Shown one piece after another: positions 1 to 10,358 of a stretch of DNA of 23,832 nt. Numbering within the stretch: the stretch's first letter is position 1; every line of letters starts with the position of its first letter. The notes below the pieces were generated by a model. The model searched no databases. It saw nothing but the letters and a program-made list of their open reading frames with translations, and was not told the origin of the DNA. The position numbers and the translations under genes were made by a program. The stretch spans positions 1-23,832 of the forward strand of contig NW_021836428.1 in NCBI RefSeq assembly GCF_006345805.1, given 5' to 3'. This DNA is from Octopus sinensis (Eukaryota).

Positions 1-87
1 GGGAAGTGTTGTACTCACGGTCCCTTAAACGTCATGGAAACCAGTTAATCGACCTATGAGCTCTAGATCTCAGGTGGGAACTTACTT

Positions 88-462
88 ACTCTTTACTCTT
101 TTACTTGTTTCAGTCATTTGACTGCTGAAGCACCGCCTTTAGTCGAGAAAATAGACCCTAGGACTTATTCCTTGTAAGCCTAGTACTTATTCTATTGTAC
201 TCTTTTGACGAACTGCTAAGTTACGGGGACGTAAATACACCAGCATCGGTTGTCAAGTAATATTGGGAGATAAACATACACACATACATATACATATATA
301 CGACGGGCTTCTTTCAGTTTTTTCTACCAAATCCACTCACAAGGCTTTGGTCGACCCGATGCTATAGTAGAAGACACTTGCGTAAGGTGCCACGCAGTGG
401 GACTGAACCCGGAACCATGTGGTTGGTAAGCAAGCTACTTACCACACAGCCACTCCTGCGCC
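88..462 (-). mobile_element. tRNA-derived SINE, family A (near full length)
   Basis: Minus strand starts GGCGCAGGAGTGGCTGTGTGGTAAG (A-box-like) and GGTTCCGGGTTCAGTCCC (B-box-like), has an internal TA/TG microsatellite and ends in an (AAAGAGT)n-like tail. Three more copies occur in this window (5295, 9095, 13167). Confidence 0.85.
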
Positions 463-472
463 TAGATAAAAG

Positions 473-535
473 ACGTTTGCAGCACCTAGGTTTCTCAAGC
501 GATCACCCATCTAAGTACTAACTAGGCTCAACTTT

Positions 536-566
<31 letters not shown>

Positions 567-592
567 GTTTACAAAGTAATATGGCCGTAAAC
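473..592 (-). pseudogene. 5S rRNA pseudogene (full length, mollusc-type)
   Basis: Minus strand reads GTTTACGGCCATATTACTTTGTAAACAACGGTTCTCGTCCGATCACCGAAGTTAAGC...GTTAGTACTTAGATGGGTGATCGCTTGAGAAACCTAGGTGCTGCAAAC, followed by a TTTT terminator. It is colinear with the molluscan 5S sequence as I recall it, with many substitutions that weaken helices. Confidence 0.85.
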
Positions 593-770
593 GTATTTAG
601 AATCTACCACATGCTCTTATTGTGTTAGGAATATCTAAATTTTACAATAGCATCATATCTCTTTTTGCTGGTTACATTCATTTGTCGGCACTTGCAAATA
701 TAGAATGATTTTCTTCAATGCAAATATATTATACAGCTGATTACTGTCTATCTTCTTAAAATATCAAAGG

Positions 771-875
771 ACCCGCCAGACTATGTAGTTCTCTACTCAT
801 AAAATAACAAAGAAATCAGTAGATTACATAGTTTTGTAGCTACGAAATGAAAAGGCGCACTCATCAGTGTAAGGT
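771..875 (-). ncRNA. Degenerate type I hammerhead ribozyme motif
   Basis: CTGATGA at 867-861. The GAAA position reads AAAA (835-832). Helix III is a perfect 8 bp (832-825 with 787-780), ending in GTC at 781-779. Helix I ACCTTACA/TGGCGGGT has 2 mismatches. Confidence 0.5.
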
Positions 876-1021
876 TAAGAAGCGTACTTTTGAAAGACGT
901 CGTTTGGTTACAGAGCTACTGCGCGACACTTGAAGCAAGTATCTTCTGATATAGAATATAGCCCCGGGATAAAGGCTGACTTCTTAGTGAATATAGGAGA
1001 GAGAAACTGTGTGGAAGCCTA

Positions 1022-1222
1022 CAGAGGGTGGCTTTGGGTACAAAAATATACTGGAGCATCAGTTAATTATCATTTTATTCATCATATTCCTTTTTCAGTT
1101 TCACGCATTTTTTGCAGCTGTACGTCAGTTTTTCTAAGCCCTGTAAAAGAGCTCGGAAGTTTGGGCCTCCAGCCAGACCTTTCGCGAGACCCTTAAAGCC
1201 AGGAACTTTTCAGCCCCCTTTG
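1022..1222 (-). mobile_element. Internally deleted mariner (Tc1/mariner) derivative, MITE-like
   Basis: TA at both flanks (1020-1021, 1223-1224). Terminal inverted ends are CAGAGGGT-GGCTTTGGG and CCCTTAAAGCCAGGAACTTTTCAGCCCCCTTTG; the left end lacks about 14 bp. The minus frame reads LLQGLEKLTYSCKKCVKLKKEYDE*, matching the mariner transposase C-terminus (G...L..RW.KC....GDYVE*). Confidence 0.75.
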
Positions 1223-1684
1223 TACACATACACACACACCACACACACACAAACACACACACATATATAATATATTATATATATATATATATATATAGTG
1301 TAATAAATAAAATATATGCATACATACAACCATATATGTACGTACGACCATCTACATATGTATATATATACATGTCATATATAAATATATTATACGTACA
1401 GGATCACAGGAAGACGAAAAAATCAACAGAACGAAAACGGAGAAGACATTTTGTTACAACAGAAGGACATATATATATACAAAATTGGACAAGAATGAAA
1501 AATCCGGACAGCTAGGTGAATACAACAAAGCTAGGTGATACAAAAATGGGACAGAAACATCCAGATGGACGATACAAAGAAAACAGGGACGGTTCATTCG
1601 AAGTTTTCTTTTCTCAGTCAAGCACCTGATTATCCTCGCGATTTCGGTTGATTATACTTGAGATTGCTCCAATCTGGCCAGCCT

Positions 1685-2138
1685 AAATGGTCTGAAAGCT
1701 TTCACACCCTTGGACATTTTATCTCATTCTGTTAATATATTTACATATATCTATCTATCTATATATATATATATATATTTATAAATTAAGGTATCTACAA
1801 GATACCACCATGCTGAAAATAGCAGCCATGATCTGACTCTAAAACCACTTTACTTGTCCATATCGCAACACGGATAGAAAACAAAGAGACAAGATGAAAC
1901 TAATAAAAAATTTACTGGATAATTCTAGATCCCGGATTTCTGACTTTGCATTTAGGAATGCTTTGCCTCGTCAGTAGAATACACACAGAGAAGAAAAATT
2001 AATACATATTTATATAAACATAACATACGAATACTTACATATACGAACGTATATATACATATATATGCACGTATGCATCATATATATTAATAGAATGAGA
2101 TAAAATGTCTAAGGCTGTGAAAGCTTTCAGACCATTTA
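1685..2138. repeat. Inverted repeat, 56-bp arms (1685-1740 and 2083-2138)
   Basis: TAAATGGTCTGAAAGCTTTCACACCCTTGGACATTTTATCTCATTCTGTTAATATAT against the reverse complement of the right arm gives 3 mismatches. Confidence 0.9.
1922..1980 (-). ncRNA. Type I hammerhead ribozyme, near-canonical
   Basis: Minus strand: ATTCTA-CTGACGA-GGC aaa GCATT ccta AATGC aaa GTC-a-GAAA-TC cgg GA-TC-TAGAAT. Helix I is a perfect 6 bp, the core CUGACGA/GAAA is intact, helix III is 3 bp and the triplet is AUC. Predicted cut lies between 1928 and 1927. Confidence 0.7.
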
Positions 2139-2384
2139 TAAAGAGAAGGTCTTACAGCTGTTTCCGAGATATTTTATATATCCATATAAAATATCCCGGA
2201 AAAAGCTTTTTACATGCTTCGGTTCTTCTTGAAAAAAACGAACCTTATCAAAAAAAAAAACGAAACATGTAAAATCTCTAAGAAAATTCAAACTTATCTT
2301 ATATAGTGGCGTTTTCAAACTTCTTTTTTTATAAATATATACCCACTCGTATGCCACCTACCCTTATATTAATATATATAATAT

Positions 2385-2415
<31 letters not shown>

Positions 2416-2444
2416 GGACATTCATAATATACTATCTAGACATA

Positions 2445-2841
2445 TCTTTATATATAAAAGTGAAGTTGTGTGTCTGTCTCCTACGATTTAGATTCCTAAC
2501 TACTCCCACATTTTGCGGTGCTGTTTAACCAAAACCGGGTATCTTATAGTCGTGATTCATATCGAGCCCTTCTGGGTATTAGTGCGCGTCTACGATGAGT
2601 CTACGATTTAAAAAAAATTTGCCATCATTTTTTCCCATTTTAATGTATTTTTTCGCTATTATATAAGGGAAGTAACTCTCTAAAAATGTCTACGATGAGT
2701 CAAAGATTTAAAAAAAAAATTACCATCAATTTTTCCCCATTTTTAATGCATTTTTTTGCTATTTTTTGGCTATAACTCTCTAAAAATGCTTATATAGTTA
2801 TTTCCCTTACAAACCCGAGCAAGGCCGGGCGATACTGCTAG
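2445..2841 (+). mobile_element. Non-autonomous Helitron (copy 1)
   Basis: Begins TC after an A (2444). Ends with a CCCGAGCAAGGCCGGG hairpin (2814-2829), an 8-nt spacer and CTAG, followed by T (2842). No target-site duplication. Internal 100-bp tandem duplication (2588-2687, 2688-2788). Confidence 0.8.
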
Positions 2842-3454
2842 TTTCACATATTTATGCAGTTCTTCTTTATCTTTCCCTCCTAATTTATACACCATCAATA
2901 CTGTCAAAAGTTTCAATATATCTCATGTTGTGTACACAACACTATCTACATTTTTAATAAACCGTTCGCTCACATTTGAAATGTTTATGCTTCTCCTCAT
3001 CATCAGCTCCTCTTACTACCATACCCATCAGTTAAAAAAAGTTCCGCCTAGAAGACCAATCAGTTATTATTTGTTGCTGCCGATGCTCGAAATGCAACAG
3101 AAGGTCACCTTGGTATTTTGGCAATTGTATAGCTTATGCAGTTTGCTGTTGACGAAGAACAATCTATGAACGAATGAGAGACAAAAATTTATAACGTTTC
3201 TGAAATGTCATCAGATTCACATAAATGGCTGCCATTTTTCATTTAACCACAACGTAATTTTCATACACAGAATGATGTTCCAGACTCTGTATTTCATTTT
3301 CTAATTTCTGTGTACGTTGTCACTTTGTCTGCTAGAAATATCAGCAAAATGTTCTAGAAACCAGGCACATATGGTCGTTTAAAAACATGAAAGACACACC
3401 AGGAAATATTGTCTGGGATGTTCTATATCTAGAAAGAAGCAGATGGAATGATAT

Positions 3455-3797
3455 GATTATATCGACCCCAGCAACTGGTACTTATTTAATCGAAACCGAA
3501 ACGATTAAAAGGCAAAGTCGACCTCAGCGGAATTTGAACTCAGAATTTAACGGCAGACGAAATACCTATTTCTTTACTACCAACAAGGGGCTAAACACGG
3601 AGGGGACAAATAAGGACAGACAAAGGGATTAAGTCTATTACATCGACCCCAGTGCGTAACTGGTACTTAATTTATCGACCCCGAAAGGATGAAAGGCAAA
3701 GTCGACCTCGGTGGAATTTGAATTCTGAACGTAACGGCAGACAAAATACCGCGAAGCATTTCGCCCGGCGTGCTAACGTTTCTACCAGCTCGCCGCC
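3455..3797 (-). mobile_element. tRNA-derived SINE, family B, internally duplicated (dimeric)
   Basis: Head GGCGGCGAGCTGGTAGAAACGTTAGCACG; B-box-like GAATTCAAATTCC. The central GCCTTTCATCCTTTCGGGGTCGATAAATTAAGTACCAG block resembles Deu/Nin-type domains (from memory) and occurs twice. Confidence 0.8.
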
Positions 3798-4285
3798 TTA
3801 CTTCGCTTATATTCCCTAATTAATTTATAAAGTCCATCAAAATATTATCTGTTTGGAACTCTTCATTTGCTTCCAAAGACGTTTTGAAGCAATTTTCTAT
3901 TTATATGAGTCATCTTCAGTCGTCAGTGTTTAATAAACACATCCTGTCAGCGTTACGTTGAGGGTGGTGTATTCTAAATCCAGTTCTATGTTCGTGTAAT
4001 TTACTTTTTATATCCAATTTTCCGAGCTCGTTTAATTATTAGGCATACATGTAAAAACACACACATGCAGCCACACACTCTCATTTACAAACACAAACGC
4101 GCGCTCACACATACATACACACATACACGCTGGCATGTGTGTGTGTGTGTGTGTAAATAGAAAATGTTAATAAATGGGATCATTAGTATGTCTATGCTAA
4201 TTATTTTGGTTCATTGATGCGATTTATTCTGCAACGAATACTTACACTATTCGAATGCTATTGTTTTTATACGTACATACAAGCT

Positions 4286-4478
4286 TGTATATATATATAT
4301 ATTATATATATATATATATATATATCTATATATATATATATAATATATATTATATATATACATATCTACATATATATATTATCTGATATACATATATACA
4401 TATATATTTGTATATAGGATATATTGTATATATTTATATATATTTTATTATATAACATATATATATATATATATCTAT

Positions 4479-4522
<44 letters not shown>

Positions 4523-4693
4523 CATACAGGTAATATATTTATATATCTTATATATATATCAATATAGATAGATAGAAGATAGAGAGATAGATAACATGTA
4601 AATGAAAGAAAACCTTTTTTGTATATTATGAATAATAAATATATATGTAGATAGATACACATGCACACACTGATACACACACCTATGTATGGA

Positions 4694-4748
<55 letters not shown>

Positions 4749-4872
4749 ATACATATATATGTGTGTATGTATATATATATATATATGTATTTATGTATGT
4801 ATGTGTATGTGTTTGTGTACGCGCACGTGTGTGCGCGTGTGGGTGTGCTTGTGCTTGTGTGTGCGTGTGTGT
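4286..4872. repeat. Compound (TA)n / (TG)n / GATA microsatellite tract
   Basis: Direct reading of the sequence; it explains all overlapping Y/I/V/C-rich ORFs. Confidence 0.95.
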
Positions 4873-5294
4873 AATATTTTCTTCCATTCGTACACGTTGT
4901 ATTGCATGCATGCCATCGTTTGTTCAGCCGTGTTTCTTTATATTTTCCCATTCTGGCTCTCTCTCTAATTCTTTGGTTTCAGAATCTTCGTTTATTGCAA
5001 TAATTGTCTATTTTGATATTCATTATTTCAGATAAAATTTCCTATTTTTTAAAGATGTTTACAGCAAAGCCTCAACTTGATTGTCATCTGATTCTCTATC
5101 TTACAATTGTCTCTTATAATTGCATACAACCTTCTACGCTTGACTAATTTAGAGACAGACAGACAGAGACAGTGAATGGGAGAGAAACAGAGAGTGGGGT
5201 ATTAACACATACATAATAACATAACGAGAAGCTCACTTGCATAAACAGAGATACAAGCGAAAAGATCTGTGTCGGATTTGTTTAAATATTCCTT

Positions 5295-5466
5295 GTAGGA
5301 GTGGCTCTGTGGTAAGTAGCTTACCAACCACATGTTTCCGGGTTCAGTTCCACTGCGTGGCACCTTGGGAAGTGTCTTCTACTATAGCCTCGGGCCGACC
5401 AAAGTCTTGTGGGTGGATTTGATAGACGGAAACTCAAAAAAGCCCGTCGTATATATATACATATAT

Positions 5467-5526
<60 letters not shown>

Positions 5527-5764
5527 GGTGTGTGTGTGTGTGGTGTGTGGTGTGTGTGGTTGTTTGTACCCCCAACATCGCTTGAAACCGATGCTGGTGT
5601 GTTTATGTCCCCGTCACTTAGCGTTCGGCAAAAGAGACCTATATAATAAGTACTAGACTGACAAAGAATAAGTTCCGGGGTCGATTTGTTCGACTAAAAG
5701 TGGTGCTCCAGCATGCCCAAAGTCAAATGACTGAACCAATTATAAGAGTAAAAGAGTAAAAGAG
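5295..5764 (+). mobile_element. tRNA-derived SINE, family A, with expanded internal microsatellite
   Basis: Colinear with copies at 88-462 and 9095-9500. Internal (TA)n(TG)n of about 115 bp; tail AAGAGTAAAAGAGTAAAAGAG. Confidence 0.85.
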
Positions 5765-5875
5765 GGCTGTTATCTTGTTTACTCCCAAATTAACATGATT
5801 CAGCAGACGGATATTCCAAAAGGCTTTCCAATCGTGACCATCCGTTATCTTTCCAGGTACAGTAAATTCTGTTAC

Positions 5876-5953
5876 TTTAAAGGAAATATTTAGCTTTTCA
5901 GAAGCCTCGATTAGGGTTCCCCAGTTTATCCACTTCGAATTTTGTGACCCAGG
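5876..5953 (-). CDS. Candidate exon of unidentified gene (78 nt)
   Basis: Acceptor TTCTGTTTCAG and donor GTAACA. Frame 0 is open (PGSQNSKWINWGTLIEASEKLNISFK); the phase-1 frame gives WVTKFEVDKLGNPNRGF*. No homology recognised. Confidence 0.3.
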
Positions 5954-6270
5954 CTGAAACAGAATTAGAAAAATCCATATTCATAATAATGTCTATAGTA
6001 AATGGTCAGCGGGATCAATAGGCATCATAACTTTATTCACAATTTTGACAAATGGGCCAATATATTTATAACAACTATATTAAAAGTAAACGAAGGTAAC
6101 GATGTGAGGTGATACCAAAGTTCGTGAGTAAATACGTGTAGGAAAATACAGTATTTTATCCTATATATATATATCTATATATATATAATTTTAATCCAAA
6201 CGGGAAACAAAAAAACAACAATGAACAATTACAGTGAATTATTAATAGGCGCTCAGGAAATGGAAGCAGG

Positions 6271-6311
6271 GAGGTATGACGTTTCGAGTGGAGCTCTTCG
6301 TCGGAAACATA
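6271..6311 (-). ncRNA. Degenerate minimal hammerhead-like motif
   Basis: CCGACGA (core U4 replaced by C)-a-GAG ctcca CTC-GAAA-CG-TC. Helix III region is the palindrome ACGT. Helix I is weak. Confidence 0.35.
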
Positions 6312-6429
6312 AAAAGAAGGAGAGAGAGAGGAAAGAAAGATCCCAGAGCGGGCATATATATATATGTGTGTGTGTGTATGTATCTATTATGTATGTATAT
6401 ATATATATATATATTATATAATATATATG

Positions 6430-6437
6430 TACATACA

Positions 6438-6466
<29 letters not shown>
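6430..6466. repeat. (TACA)n microsatellite
   Basis: About 9 perfect units. Confidence 0.95.
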
Positions 6467-6473
<7 letters not shown>

Positions 6474-6937
6474 TATATATTCATATATGATTTTCTTGGG
6501 AAGGCATATGCCTAATAGAAAGCTTGCACAGTTTCAGCTGCAAAACCTTTCAATATCATTTGTATATCATCAGAGTCCTGTCGGAAAACCATGAACATAG
6601 ATTTGGAGACGAAGATAAAGTTAATAACTTCCTTTTAGCTCACAATTTATAGACAAACGGAAGGTGAAAGAGGCCACATTTTTAAGTCTATGGTTACATA
6701 AGCTTCATTTTTCTTTTGTTGAGATGACAAAAGATAATGTAGGATGCATTGATTTTATTAATAAGTATCGGTGTTAATTAAAAGCCAAGTCGGGCTCCAA
6801 ATGTAAATGCATGCTAACGATACATATTTTACAGAATAATTTTAAATCAAATGGTACGAACGATATTCTGTTTAAATTATTTGAGATGGCGGGCCGTCTA
6901 ATAATTGCTGCAGAATTGAGCCCTAATATTTGACGAC

Positions 6938-7042
6938 CATGGCCTAGATTCTTCTTGGTGACTGCTGTAGAAGCAATGGAGTTAGTGGTGATGTTAAATG
7001 CTGCTGTTGTTGTTCCTCTTACTATTGTGGTTGTGGTGATGT
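6938..7042 (-). CDS. Candidate Thr-rich exon (105 nt, phase 1-1)
   Basis: Acceptor TTTGTTCACATAAG. Open frame ITTTTIVRGTTTAAFNITTNSIASTAVTKKNLGH with ACN-rich codons, like a mucin-type linker. The donor GTCGTC is weak. Confidence 0.35.
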
Positions 7043-7397
7043 CTTATGTGAACAAATATTACTTGAATAATAAAGATTTTGTGCTTTGCAGCATCCATTT
7101 TACTTCCATTTAAAAAAGGAACATTTTCCTAGATATACGTAGAGCATATCACAGAGTACGACTGTCAATGTGTTTCTATAGTGTTCGTTTTCCTTTTATA
7201 TGTTAAGATAAAAGAAGCCCGGTTCTGTGTGTGTGTGCGCTTGAAACGGCCGTAAGGTATTTACACCTGTACATCTTTGTTATTTATTAACATTTTCACT
7301 TTATATAATATGTATATGTGTGTATATATACGTATGTATGTTTGTTTATATGCGTATACATAATATGAATATAGATATAGGTGTATATATATAAAGG

Positions 7398-7443
<46 letters not shown>

Positions 7444-7486
7444 GCGTGTGTGAGTGCATGTGTGGAGGGGGCTCTCTATCTGTCTG

Positions 7487-7794
7487 TCGGTTACGACGAC
7501 GTTTATTCCCGTTGATCTGAGCAACGGAACAGCGTTCTCGTAAAATTAGCATGCAAGTGGCTGAGTATCTCACTGATAGACGCACTCTTAACGTAGTTAT
7601 CAAGGAGATTCAGCGTGCCACAGATTGTAACAGGGATGGCCCCATTCAAATACAAGGACAGCTCATTTTTGCCACTTGAGTGGACGGGAGCAACTTGAAA
7701 TAAACTGTCTTGCCGCAGGACACAAGGCGCTGTCAGGAATCGAACTCACAACATTACGATCGTAAGCCGAATGCCCTAACCTTTAAACCTTCAC
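7487..7794 (-). mobile_element. tRNA-derived SINE with CORE-like domain (family C, decayed)
   Basis: Minus head GTGAAGG...GGTTAGGGCATTCGGCTTACGATCGT...GAGTTCGATTCC, then TTGTGTCCTGCGGCAAGACAGTTTATTTCAAGTTGCTCCCGTCCACTCAAG. Head and core are shared with 8573-8900. Confidence 0.7.
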
Positions 7795-7870
7795 GAATAT
7801 ATATGTAAATGTGTGTGTGTGAGTGTATGTGTGTGCGCGTGCGTATGTATGTATATGTGTGAATATATAG

Positions 7871-7993
<123 letters not shown>

Positions 7994-8489
7994 TAAAATG
8001 AGACATACTTATCTACATGGCCGAAACAACTGTAAGATGTAATCTATACTTATATTTATATTTACTTATATTTATATTCTCTTTTTTATATGTATTATTA
8101 TACAACATTACTCTTTTACGTACACTTTTTTATGTACATTCCTTTATGTACACTGGTTTGTTCTGCTTTTTTATGTTTAACCATACAGTCTCTTAAGTGG
8201 TGGTTTAATAAAGTATGTGATTGAGTATTATCTGGTAATTGATATTTGATTTAGATGTATTTCTCCATTTTCTTATCTTGTATTAGTAACTTGTGGTAAA
8301 TCATTTTACCTTTGCCCATATAATATAGTAAATGAATTGATTGCATCGCAATCCTTAACATTTATGTATTAACTTTGTTGGGTACCTCCCTAACAGTATA
8401 TTGGATATATGTTATCCCATGGAGGGTTGCATTTACACCCCTATCTCAATTTTATATAGGTATATTATATATATATATAGTATCTATAT

Positions 8490-8527
<38 letters not shown>

Positions 8528-8572
8528 TATATATATATGCATATATATAGTATATATATGATATATATATAT

Positions 8573-8900
8573 GTGAAGGCGCATGGCTGAGTGGTTAGAG
8601 CGTCGAGCTTACGATCGTGAGTTTGTGAGCTCGAATCCCGGACCGGGCTGCGTGTTGTGTCTTGAGCAAGGCACTTTATTTCACGTTGCTCCAGTTCACT
8701 CAGCTGTAGAAATGAGTTCGCCGTCACAGGTGCCAAGCTGTATCGACCTTTGTCTTTCCCTTGGATAAACACTGGTGTCGTGTAGAGGGGAGCCGGTATG
8801 CATGGGGACTGCTGTCTTCCATAAAAACCTTGCCCAGACTTGTTGTCTAGGAGGGTAACTTTCTAGGTGCAATCCCATGGTCATCATGACCGAAGGGTGT
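8573..8900 (+). mobile_element. tRNA-derived SINE with CORE-like domain (family C)
   Basis: GTGAAGGCGCATGGCTGAGTGGTTAGAGCG (A box) and GAGCTCGAATCCC (B box), then GTGTCTTGAGCAAGGCACTTTATTTCACGTTGCTCCAGTTCACTCAGCTGTAGAAATGAG, which resembles the CORE-SINE domain. Confidence 0.8.
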
Positions 8901-8992
8901 TCTTATATGTGTATGTGTTTGTGGATATATATATATGTATATATGTATGTGTATATAGTATATTATATATAATATATATATATATATATATA

Positions 8993-9031
<39 letters not shown>

Positions 9032-9094
9032 TATATATTATATATATATATAGATATATATATATATATATAATATATATATATTAAATATATA

Positions 9095-9500
9095 GGCGCA
9101 GGAGTGGTTGTGTGTTAAGTAGCTGTTAAACAACCACATGGTTCCGGGTTCAGTCCCACTGCGTGGCATCTTGGGCAATTGTCTTCTGCTATAGCCCCGG
9201 GCCGACCAATGCCTTGTGAGTGGATTTGGTAGCCGGAAACTGAAAGAAGCCTGTAGTATATATGTATATATATATGTATGTGTGTGTGTGTATGTTTGTG
9301 TTCGTCCCCCTAGCATTGCTTGACAACCGATGCTGGTGTGTTTACGTCCCCGCCACTTAGCGGTTCGGCAAAAGAGCCCGATAGAATAAGTACTAGGATT
9401 ACAAAGAATAAGTCCCGGGGTCGATTTGCTCGACTAAAGGCGGTGCTCTAGCATGGCCGCAGTCAAATGACTGAAACAAGTAAAGGAGTAAAGAGTAAAG
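9095..9500 (+). mobile_element. tRNA-derived SINE, family A
   Basis: GGCGCAGGAGTGGTTGTGTG head through AAAGAGTAAAGAG tail; colinear with the other family A copies. Confidence 0.85.
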
Positions 9501-9728
9501 AGAGATACATACACACAGAGAAAAAGAGAGAGACAGAGACAGTCTCGTAGAAAGGGTTTTTTATACATTACTAAATATTTTAAAATAATTTCCAATTCTT
9601 ATTATATATAATTTTTGTACAGCTTAAAATATATTTCATTGCATAATTTTATGCTGATTTTAACATATTCCTTAATCCGAATTGTATTTTACACGCACGC
9701 ACACATGCGCCACGCACAATGATCGATG

Positions 9729-9819
<91 letters not shown>
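9729..9819. repeat. (GATA)n microsatellite
   Basis: About 22 perfect units. Confidence 0.95.
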
Positions 9820-10179
9820 TGATTGAATTTAGATATATATACATGAATACATATATCTATATTTGTAGGCATTTTAATATACATTTGATGTGTGTGTATA
9901 TGTGTGTGTTTATGCACATATATTTGCATACGTGTATCTGTCTATGTGCATACTTTTATAAAAGTGTGTATGTTTGTGTGTATGTAAGCATGCATGTATG
10001 CATGTATACATATATATTTTTATGGTTGCCTTGGTCTATAAATATGTGTGCGTGTTTAAACATTTATATATAAATAGAAACACATGTGAGCCTGCGCGTA
10101 TATACACTCACACACATCTATCTATCTATCTATTCTGTCTGTCCTGTCTGTCTAAATAACTATTTATGTGTCTGTGTTT

Positions 10180-10183
10180 TATG

Positions 10184-10226
<43 letters not shown>

Positions 10227-10300
10227 ATATATGTCTATGTGTGTATCTGCATATATAATATATATACCATATCATTAATATGTATATGCATATAATATGG

Positions 10301-10358
<58 letters not shown>

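Larger units (their letters stand above)
1400..2300. mobile_element. Mosaic of putative Penelope-like pseudo-LTR fragments in mixed orientation
   Basis: Contains a near-canonical hammerhead (1922-1980), a hammerhead 3' half (GAAACAGCTGTA, minus, 2164-2153), opposed GAA(A/G)CATGTA motifs (about 2210-2270) and a 56-bp inverted repeat. The family assignment is inference from the hammerhead style; no ORF is present. Confidence 0.4.

Noticed and set aside
3185-3215. CTGATGA...GAAACGTT on the minus strand
   Set aside because: No pairing in helix II and only 2 bp of helix I; expected by chance in AT-rich DNA.
3870-3925. CTGAAGA...AAAACGTC on the minus strand
   Set aside because: GAAA is mutated and neither helix I nor helix II pairs convincingly.
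6540-6580. CTGATGA-TATA..TATT-GAAA on the minus strand
   Set aside because: No helix I and no credible helix III.
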